Both the position numbers and the translations under genes were made by a program. 64,000 bases of DNA from a virus. Shown in pieces: positions 58,102 to 64,000 of this stretch. The stretch lies in IMG/VR virus record IMGVR_UViG_3300027771_000011, positions 9,556-73,555 of that record; one strand, 5' to 3'. The stretch's first letter is position 1. Each line of letters opens with the position of its first letter. The notes under the pieces were generated by a model. The model had not been told where the DNA came from and ran no database searches. It saw only the letters and a list, made by a program, of their open reading frames with translations.

Positions 58102-58578
58102 CTAATTAAGGTCAGCAAGGGCATACTCTCCTGACTCGATTTTGGATCGGGTGTCAGAGATACCCTCTCCTAAGAACTGATTGCGATACTGTCCTGTGGT
58201 GCGCGAGTAGTTCCAGTGACGCCTATCTAAAGTAATGTTACCTGCGGTATCTGATCGAGCAATCAAAGTGTTATATGATTGAAAAGAGGTGTTGCCCTTG
58301 CCATCATTTATGATGAAATTGTTTAGAGAATCATTGCCAGATTTGGTGCTCATTGAAGACACCTTTATAGGTCTGGACTTGACTGGTTCTATTGGGTTGG
58401 TCGCCATCAACCTAGCGGTCACCGCTGATGACATTATCTCGGACTCTGATAGGATGGTTGCAGTGTGAACGCTATGCTCCCCAAACAGATCTAGTGCTGC
58501 ATTCTTTGCTGCATACTTGGACGTATGCTTCCCCAAGTGATGCAGGTCAGAGTTTTTATCGTATGCGTAATACTTCAT
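58102..58578 (-). CDS. Conserved phage hypothetical protein
   Basis: N.F.I....FQSY...IA...W.YSRTT..YRNQFLGE. Confidence 0.7.
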   Translation of the reverse strand: MKYYAYDKNSDLHHLGKHTSKYAAKNAALDLFGEHSVHTATILSESEIMSSAVTARLMATNPIEPVKSRPIKVSSMSTKSGNDSLNNFIINDGKGNTSFQSYNTLIARSDTAGNITLDRRHWNYSRTTGQYRNQFLGEGISDTRSKIESGEYALADLN

Positions 58579-58596
58579 AGTAGTTTCCTTCGGGCA

Positions 58597-58620
58597 TAAA
58601 AAAGCCCCAGTAAAGGGGCG
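58597..58620 (-). terminator. Rho-independent terminator
   Basis: GCCCC-TTTACT-GGGGC then TTTTTT on the minus strand. Confidence 0.8.
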
Positions 58621-58638
58621 GTTAGGTTTTGGTTTCGG

Positions 58639-58914
58639 TTAGTGTGTCTGGTACACCAGAGCTGTGACGTCATAGCATAAGCCCCTGTACCCAGTGACGT
58701 CACAACGTGTGAACTCTGTCTCGTTATCAGGCTTAACTATGGCGGCAAAGGCACTGTTGCCATGATCTCTGACTGTTCTTTCGTTAAGATCATCTATGAA
58801 CTTCTCTAAGGCTTCGTCTTCGTCTTCACTAATACCACTGGCATCACCATTGACAAGCGCTGTTAACAAAGAGTGCTCGATTGTGTACTGGTATTCATCT
58901 ATGTACTCAGACAT
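58639..58914 (-). CDS. Hypothetical protein
   Basis: ALVNGDASG...E motif; AAGGAG RBS. Confidence 0.65.
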   Translation of the reverse strand: MSEYIDEYQYTIEHSLLTALVNGDASGISEDEDEALEKFIDDLNERTVRDHGNSAFAAIVKPDNETEFTRCDVTGYRGLCYDVTALVYQTH

Positions 58915-58923
58915 ACATTCTCC

Positions 58924-59520
58924 TTAAGCTGCGGCTTTAAATGCTTTGGTTCGGCTAAGCCCATCAAGACAGGCTTTCACGATGGTAAACCTGAAGTCGT
59001 CCATGGCGTAGCCATACTCTCTGGTGACATTGAAATACTCTCCAGAGTAGGTAGGTAAACTTTTAGAAATGAGAGAGTAATCCTTCCTGCTTATGGGCCT
59101 ACCTAGCACTAGGCGTATTTCGTTCAGCTGATCTGCATCAAAGGACTCCAGTATGTGGCTTGCCCACTTTGCTTTTCTTGAACCATACATCAGCATGCTC
59201 CCATCTATTAGCTGGTTAGGGAAAAAGGCTACACCTCTGCCATTACCTTGGCCATAGAAACCACAAAGGTTACGTCCTACTACAAAGCCTGACATACCTT
59301 TCTCATGAGAGGTGAAGTAGTCTATCTGCATTGGGCTACCTCGAAGATCAACTGATTCAGTTCCATAAGTGTTTACACCATAAATATAAGGAGCGATATT
59401 AGTGGTTATCATTTTAACTAAATCATTCTTAGTCATGGAGGAAAGGGTTTTACTTACATCAGATAAGTCTTCACAGTTACTTGGTAAATTTACTAAGGCA
59501 TAGCCAGCATAGTCATTCAT
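58924..59520 (-). CDS. Hypothetical protein
   Basis: GGAG RBS before MNDYAGY. Confidence 0.6.
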   Translation of the reverse strand: MNDYAGYALVNLPSNCEDLSDVSKTLSSMTKNDLVKMITTNIAPYIYGVNTYGTESVDLRGSPMQIDYFTSHEKGMSGFVVGRNLCGFYGQGNGRGVAFFPNQLIDGSMLMYGSRKAKWASHILESFDADQLNEIRLVLGRPISRKDYSLISKSLPTYSGEYFNVTREYGYAMDDFRFTIVKACLDGLSRTKAFKAAA

Positions 59521-59543
59521 ATGTTTCTCCAAAAATTTTATAT

Positions 59544-59590
59544 AAAAAAACCCCGATTGATCGAGGTACATGTAGTCCGGCTGAGCCGGA
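59544..59590 (-). terminator. Recurrent 15-nt hairpin copy 3 (59576-59590) followed by a terminator
   Basis: TCCGGCTCAGCCGGA, then ACCTCGAT-CA-ATCGGGGT and a T run; mirrors 14626-14672. Confidence 0.75.
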
Positions 59591-59591
59591 G

Positions 59592-60074
59592 TTAAGCAAC
59601 ATTATTTACCTCCCACTTAGCTAAGTTCTCCCAAGCATTCATCTTAGAAAATATATCTCCCGCTAACTTCTCACTCCAATCAATGCCGGTGGGTGATGCC
59701 ATCCATCCAGCTGTAATCAGGTGAGCCTCGTTACACTCCTCAAGCAAGGCAACATGGTGCTCGTGTAGTAGCTCCACTAAATCCCCTTGTAGGCAGGGTG
59801 AAGGGGACTCAATGACGATGCTCTTCATATACTCTTCGCCATGTTGTGACCGACAGAACACGGCACAGAATACTGTCCACTTATACCTACCCTTTTCTAT
59901 GGTGGTAGCTAGGGCAGGGGTGGCCTTGAACTTAGTCATTCTCTTTAGATCCACCATCTCGCACTTAGGATTACTCCCAATGAGTAGGAACACAGCAAGG
60001 TTTTTCATTACAGCTGTCCCTAATCTTTCCATGCGCTTCGAGTTGTTGTTTTTCTTTCGTACAGACTTAGACAT
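59592..60074 (-). CDS. Conserved phage hypothetical protein
   Basis: RKK.N..KR N-terminus; W.VF..VFCR...GEEY.K; H....GW.ASP. Confidence 0.65.
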   Translation of the reverse strand: MSKSVRKKNNNSKRMERLGTAVMKNLAVFLLIGSNPKCEMVDLKRMTKFKATPALATTIEKGRYKWTVFCAVFCRSQHGEEYMKSIVIESPSPCLQGDLVELLHEHHVALLEECNEAHLITAGWMASPTGIDWSEKLAGDIFSKMNAWENLAKWEVNNVA

Positions 60075-60324
60075 TATTCATTGCCCTCTGTGTTAATTCG
60101 TTCCGTCTGTCTGCAATGCGCACTGTTAGTCCGTACTTCTCAGGTGCTGACTGCCATATCTTGTATGACCTGCCCATTAGGGACTCGATCTCATAGTATG
60201 GGACAGCTATTGCACGAAGCTCTACTAGACGATTGCATTCGTCATGAGATAAATCACCCAAGGTTTTTTCCTTCATAGTCCTTTTAGGACGTAACGTAAC
60301 CTTTGGGTTAAATATTAAGCTCAT
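60067..60324 (-). CDS. Hypothetical protein, possible HTH
   Basis: Coupled ORF; VPYYEIESLMGRS. Confidence 0.55.
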   Translation of the reverse strand: MSLIFNPKVTLRPKRTMKEKTLGDLSHDECNRLVELRAIAVPYYEIESLMGRSYKIWQSAPEKYGLTVRIADRRNELTQRAMNNV

Positions 60325-60617
60325 GAATCCTTTACGAATAAGCCATTGACCATAGACCCTTGACGCCCTTTGATCACATCATATGCACTTTGGAGACAGT
60401 CCTTGACGGACAATCCATTCAGCTCTGCTTGTATGATAAGGGTGACGATGATGTCACCAATGGCATCTATGGTTTCCTCACGATCAGAGTTAACGATTGC
60501 CTCAAGCAACTCATTCACCTCTTCTTGAGTCTTAACGTGTTGGTGCAAAGGGGTAGACTTTTCTAGGATCCCCTTGTCATCTGCCCACTGGATGACATTA
60601 TTAATTAGTTTATCCAT
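60321..60617 (-). CDS. MazG-like nucleotide pyrophosphohydrolase
   Basis: WADDKGI, K..EEVNEL, DAIGD..VTLI, CL..AY..IK.R.G.MVNG.FVK. Confidence 0.9.
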   Translation of the reverse strand: MDKLINNVIQWADDKGILEKSTPLHQHVKTQEEVNELLEAIVNSDREETIDAIGDIIVTLIIQAELNGLSVKDCLQSAYDVIKGRQGSMVNGLFVKDS

Positions 60618-60751
60618 TACTTTAGTTCCTTCTGGTGTTCATCGAGAGGCCATGTAAACCACAGCCAGCAGTCAGTACAGTATTTAAGGTACTGAGACCT
60701 AATGAGTCCTAGGGCAGTTGACCTACACCTAGGACATTCTTTGGTAGACAT
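60617..60751 (-). CDS. 44-aa zinc-ribbon protein (not in ORF track)
   Basis: MSTKECPRC...YCTDC; TAATG coupling on both sides. Confidence 0.65.
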   Translation of the reverse strand: MSTKECPRCRSTALGLIRSQYLKYCTDCWLWFTWPLDEHQKELK

Positions 60752-60876
60752 TACGGATGCCACCTTGGATCTACCTTGATGAGGTCAAGGTGTCTGCGCT
60801 TAGCCCATCGTCTTAGAATTATGTGAGTTAAGAATCCAATAAAGAATCCAGCGATACATGTAATGGTTAGTATCAT
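60751..60876 (-). CDS. 41-aa single-TM protein (not in ORF track)
   Basis: MILTITCIAGFFIGFLTHIILRRWAKRR; AGGAG RBS. Confidence 0.6.
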   Translation of the reverse strand: MILTITCIAGFFIGFLTHIILRRWAKRRHLDLIKVDPRWHP

Positions 60877-60930
60877 GATTACTCCTGATTAGTTATGGCT
60901 TATTTATATCCTCTGAGAGGGTATATATCC

Positions 60931-60958
60931 ATTGTGATTGACGCTTAATAGCTGTCAA
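60931..60958 (-). promoter_or_regulatory. Possible sigma70 promoter
   Basis: TTGACA-16 bp-CACAAT just after a terminator. Confidence 0.45.
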
Positions 60959-60967
60959 ATTTTAGGC

Positions 60968-60992
60968 ATAAAAAAACCAGCACTTGGCTGGT
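60968..60992 (-). terminator. Rho-independent terminator
   Basis: ACCAGC-CAAGT-GCTGGT followed by a T run. Confidence 0.8.
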
Positions 60993-61014
60993 CGTTTGTA
61001 ACTTGTGTTGTTAC

Positions 61015-61317
61015 TTAATCCTCCTCCTCTTCTTCCTCATCCTCCTCTTCTTCTTCCTCATCCTCCTCATCGTCAGACTCAAGAAGCTCTGGGTCTACCC
61101 AATCAAGATAAGGCATCACAATCATGTGCTCCTGCAACACCCCTGTTAACTTCCTCATCAACAGGTCATTACTTTCTGCGTAAATGATGCTATCAAGTGC
61201 ATTGACGATCACTGCTACATCGTGAAGGTTCAACTCAATGTCGTGCTCGACTGTCATATCGATGTCGATCTCTTCGACACCCCCACTCTCAAAGTAAACT
61301 GACTTGTTCATCGTCAT
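61015..61317 (-). CDS. Highly acidic protein
   Basis: Ends ESDDEEDEEEEEEDEEEEEED; AGGAGG RBS. Confidence 0.7.
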   Translation of the reverse strand: MTMNKSVYFESGGVEEIDIDMTVEHDIELNLHDVAVIVNALDSIIYAESNDLLMRKLTGVLQEHMIVMPYLDWVDPELLESDDEEDEEEEEEDEEEEEED

Positions 61318-61321
61318 CCTC

Positions 61322-61567
61322 CTAATAATTATAAATCAACCCCTTCTCACCATTTCCACAATCGCAATCTTCGGGGCAGCGTTCTAAACTGTTCTTGTAA
61401 TACACGTTCCAATCTTCAATGCTGTGAACATTTTTAGTGTGAGTTTTATGAGCCTTCAATCTGTAACCTTCAATAAAAACTACCTCCCACTTGTAATCTA
61501 ATATGCCTAAAGGCTCACCGAGATTTACCTCACTGACTAGCGGATGTTTAAGAATTGTTTTACTCAT
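61322..61567 (-). CDS. Hypothetical protein
   Basis: CPEDCDC motif; GAGGAGG RBS. Confidence 0.6.
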   Translation of the reverse strand: MSKTILKHPLVSEVNLGEPLGILDYKWEVVFIEGYRLKAHKTHTKNVHSIEDWNVYYKNSLERCPEDCDCGNGEKGLIYNY

Positions 61568-61805
61568 CGTCATCCTCCTCATCTATCCACATTGCCTTGC
61601 CCTCTAGGACAATGGCGTTACCCACAATAAAATCATTACACAACTCACTGGCTTGATGGTTGTACTCTAACTCTTTAGAGAGTCCGTCTTCATCCACTAA
61701 CACTTGCATGGCTGGTGTATTGAGAGCCATCACGACATAGCCACCGACCATGGCTTGTGCCTCGGCTAGGGTAGGAGGAACTTTAGGTTGGTATGTTTTT
61801 ATCAT
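61560..61805 (-). CDS. DUF3846-like protein
   Basis: PTLAEAQAMVGGYV...VDEDG...N..AS....IVGNAIV. Confidence 0.75.
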   Translation of the reverse strand: MIKTYQPKVPPTLAEAQAMVGGYVVMALNTPAMQVLVDEDGLSKELEYNHQASELCNDFIVGNAIVLEGKAMWIDEEDDDE

Positions 61806-62160
61806 TACCCTGACCCTCTGGAAAAAGCTTAGCGTTAACTTCTAACTTTGCCCGTTCAACTTCAGACGCATCCATGGAGCTAGCGAACTCAGTGGCCATT
61901 GACTCTGCGCGGAAGGATCCGTCCTCAGTCTTGGCGGTGATCGCCAACTCTAGGGCCAAGGTTAGTGCCTCATACTTATTGGTGGGCGATTTATATTCCT
62001 CCATCTCATCTTCCCATTTACTGTCTGCTTCCATTGGCCACATCATGAGAAATTCTCGTGCTGTTTCTTTGTCATCCGATGAAGCGTCTGGGTTTTCAAG
62101 CACAGCTATGAACCCTCTAGCTAATGCTTCGTTGGTTGGATTATTAATTAAGTTACTCAT
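61783..62160 (-). CDS. Hypothetical protein
   Basis: GGAGG RBS; EAL.LAL.LAITA motif. Confidence 0.6.
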   Translation of the reverse strand: MSNLINNPTNEALARGFIAVLENPDASSDDKETAREFLMMWPMEADSKWEDEMEEYKSPTNKYEALTLALELAITAKTEDGSFRAESMATEFASSMDASEVERAKLEVNAKLFPEGQGNDKNIPT

Positions 62161-62333
62161 AACTTTACCTCCTTGGATTCCATCCATAATTTTAAAACTT
62201 CCTTGGCTTCAGACTTCTCAATCCAAAACTTATCCTGAAGATATGTCGATGCACCATACATGTTGGTGTCACCACTCTCTTGCAGCTCATCTAGGAACTG
62301 AAAATAACTTGCTTGGAATTCTGCAATGCTCAT
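62157..62333 (-). CDS. 58-aa conserved phage protein (not in ORF track)
   Basis: FLDELQESGDTNMYGA..YL...F.....EA..VL..WM; ATGA overlaps on both sides. Confidence 0.7.
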   Translation of the reverse strand: MSIAEFQASYFQFLDELQESGDTNMYGASTYLQDKFWIEKSEAKEVLKLWMESKEVKL

Positions 62334-62575
62334 ACACTACCCCTTATTCCCATCTCTACCCATCTAAGATTGAATACATGTGGAAAATACTCTCCACTCT
62401 GTCCATTGGCCCATGTACCATAGACGCGGCCAGAAGAAGAGGGCTTGTGAGGTGGCATACCACCAGAAAGTTCAAAGGATTTTTCGTCCCGATCAATAAT
62501 AACTTGACCGACTTCTACCTGTTTGCCGTCAGCGTCTTGAAGCTTCCAGCTTTGTGAGTCCATTATTTTTATCAT
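62330..62575 (-). CDS. Conserved phage hypothetical protein
   Basis: GG.PPHKPSSSGRVY...EYFP.VF.L.W. Confidence 0.7.
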   Translation of the reverse strand: MIKIMDSQSWKLQDADGKQVEVGQVIIDRDEKSFELSGGMPPHKPSSSGRVYGTWANGQSGEYFPHVFNLRWVEMGIRGSV

Positions 62576-62701
62576 TCTAATCTCCTAGATTATTTTGTAT
62601 CATAACTTTGCCGCCAGCAAAAGTATAATGCTGAGCGTAGTTACTGATATGGTGATGGTTACTGCTGTATGAATTGTGTTCATGTTAATCCCTTGCTGTA
62701 C

Positions 62702-62716
62702 TCCGGTCTAGCCAGA
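62702..62716 (-). promoter_or_regulatory. Recurrent 15-nt hairpin, copy 4
   Basis: Minus strand TCTGGCTAGACCGGA in an intergenic leader. Confidence 0.45.
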
Positions 62717-62871
62717 GGAGAATCCTGAAACCCTTGATACCATTGACTATCAGGCGATTTACAGGCATAATAAAGTCTAGGTTTTCTACGCCTAGTCCAG
62801 TTTAAATTCTATTAGTTAGTTAGTTATGAGCGGCCCCGAGAAATCGGCAAGTGCCTGTATGTGCTATACAG

Positions 62872-63117
62872 CTAGACACTTACCCCTTGCAGTCTCTTTG
62901 TTACTTGCAATACCTTCAGCTCCTCCTCTTTTATGTAGTACACGTTGCATTCTCCTTCACAGTATTCACACCATGTATCATAGAGGTTAGTATCAGGATC
63001 GCAGTACCATTCACCTGTTTCTTTATCCCAGAAGACGGATTTTGATGCGTGGATCTTTTCTGAATCACACTCCTCACATACGGCTACTTCGATCTCTTTA
63101 CTCATACATCTACTCAT
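62872..63117 (-). CDS. Zinc-ribbon protein
   Basis: CEEC...W.....W...WCEYC; start may be 63105. Confidence 0.7.
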   Translation of the reverse strand: MSRCMSKEIEVAVCEECDSEKIHASKSVFWDKETGEWYCDPDTNLYDTWCEYCEGECNVYYIKEEELKVLQVTKRLQGVSV

Positions 63118-63272
63118 ACATCCCCCTCGTCTATATAGGTAACATTAAAGTCTGAATCAAATAGGATTTCATCATTGTCCATGTCTCTTACAACCTCCTG
63201 CGCTAACTCTGGACTATCGGCCTCAACTTCAAAGCAGTTATAAATCTTTACGCCTACCAAATATTTACTCAT
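63114..63272 (-). CDS. 52-aa acidic protein (DpnD/PcfM-like; not in ORF track)
   Basis: MSKYLV.V......EVEADSPELA...V. Confidence 0.6.
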   Translation of the reverse strand: MSKYLVGVKIYNCFEVEADSPELAQEVVRDMDNDEILFDSDFNVTYIDEGDV

Positions 63273-63281
63273 ACATCCCCC

Positions 63282-63755
63282 TTAAAAGTTACCTTCTGCT
63301 ACCTGTAAACAGGTGAGGCCATTAGCTCTCCACATATCAACAACCTTCTGCCGATCATCTACCGTGAACAAGATGTTCTCCTTGTCCAGTGTCTTAAGAA
63401 TCTCATGAAGCATGTCCTGTTTGACCTCCCAATCGGGGTCAGACCTTCTCTTATTGGCACGCATAATAAGATGCTCAGGTACAAAGTTGTCAGTGACCGA
63501 TAACTTGTTTAAGAAATTAATGGTTACGTCACGGTCTCTTTCCATGCGACCAGTGCAATAAATGATCTGATACCCTGACTCACAGCACATCTTTAAAAGC
63601 TTAACGATAGGCTCGTTAGCTACGTCATTGCCCATTTCTTTGTTGAAGCTATTGAAGTCCTTCTTCTTCCCAGAGACATGATGCCTCCGGTGTTCGATGT
63701 CAGCTAATGTTCCATCTACATCGAAGATGACAGTTGGTATATTTTTATAGCTCAT
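63282..63755 (-). CDS. HAD phosphatase, like the T4 polynucleotide kinase 3'-phosphatase domain
   Basis: IFDVDGTLA, CTGR, MR....R.D..VK, DDRQKVVDMWR, QVAEGNF. Confidence 0.9.
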   Translation of the reverse strand: MSYKNIPTVIFDVDGTLADIEHRRHHVSGKKKDFNSFNKEMGNDVANEPIVKLLKMCCESGYQIIYCTGRMERDRDVTINFLNKLSVTDNFVPEHLIMRANKRRSDPDWEVKQDMLHEILKTLDKENILFTVDDRQKVVDMWRANGLTCLQVAEGNF

Positions 63756-64000
63756 ACATCCCCCTTGGTTACAGTGATTAACACAGTTACACCATCAGTT
63801 AAATGAAAGGTCAAGACGTCACCAACCTCAGCGACCTTGCCTAAGTTTTTTATGGATAGCAGTTTGTCACCTCGGATTCTTTTATAAAGCCTTAGCTCAG
63901 ACTCCATCCATCCATCATTCCATTGATCAGGACGTCCCATTAGGGCAGGGTAGGTGATCTTATCCGTCAGACCCTCATACCCTTGGGGTAGATTGTCATT
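63752..64000 (-). CDS. Hypothetical protein, probably 5'-truncated by the window
   Basis: Frame of the 63752-63940 ORF stays open to the window end. Confidence 0.55.
   Translation of the reverse strand, partial: NDNLPQGYEGLTDKITYPALMGRPDQWNDGWMESELRLYKRIRGDKLLSIKNLGKVAEVGDVLTFHLTDGVTVLITVTKGDV

Larger units (their letters stand above)
63113..63765 (-). repeat. Exact 15-bp gene-junction repeat AGGGGGATGTATGAG, three copies
   Basis: Copies at 63113-63127, 63268-63282 and 63751-63765, each supplying RBS and ATG. Confidence 0.85.
1..64000. mobile_element. Temperate tailed bacteriophage genome segment, non-integrated form (lambdoid early region, podovirus-like virion module)
   Basis: Phage genes throughout and no host housekeeping genes; intact attP with phage genes on both sides; int/xis, repressor/cro, Q, ejection proteins. 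Confidence 0.95.

Noticed and set aside
61874-62557. 227-aa plus-strand ORF
   Set aside because: Lies antisense to three coupled minus-strand genes with good RBSs and recognisable motifs.
62855-62871. LexA (SOS) box
   Set aside because: Spacing is CTGT-N9-ACAG rather than the canonical N8.
1-64000. Stop-codon reassignment or self-splicing introns/inteins
   Set aside because: Long genes read intact in the standard code, all three stops end genes, and no split genes or intein motifs were recognised.

Overview
The whole window is part of one temperate tailed-phage genome, in its non-integrated (attP) form, probably from a marine phage with a gammaproteobacterial host (inferred from the tRNA-Val core and IHF sites). 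(1) 1-38600 (+): virion module, with Ala/Ser-rich and Gly-rich modular fibre/decoration proteins, a lysis cassette with an M15 endolysin, podovirus-type tail proteins, ejection proteins and a 4641-aa polyvalent protein (ParB-like, three HExxH zincins, Strawberry-notch-type SF2 helicase, PLxRFG). (2) 38624-40475 (+): small Lys-rich proteins and a PD-(D/E)XK-like ORF. (3) 40476-40819: a readable attP (3' half of tRNA-Val(TAC), IHF sites, 11-bp arm repeats). (4) 40820-47531 (-): int, xis, SutA-like, SleB, SSB, YqaJ, ERF and a short XRE repressor. (5) 47760-52474 (+): Cro, O-like initiator, Twinkle-type primase-helicase, resolvase, NinB, DUF1364 and Q. (6) 52476-64000 (-): accessory operon with a MoxR-AAA/DUF3150-like/VWA-peptidase triad, MazG and a HAD phosphatase. 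The most unusual signals are non-coding. A 17-bp TCTGC-N7-GCAGA palindrome family is shared by attP and the immunity promoters and resembles the predicted anticodon stem-loop of the target tRNA (attB). There is also a four-copy boxB-sized hairpin whose deviations are G-U wobbles on the transcribed strand, a multi-stem RNA upstream of ssb, and repeats marking gene-cassette junctions. All functional calls are by eye from motifs; no searches were run.
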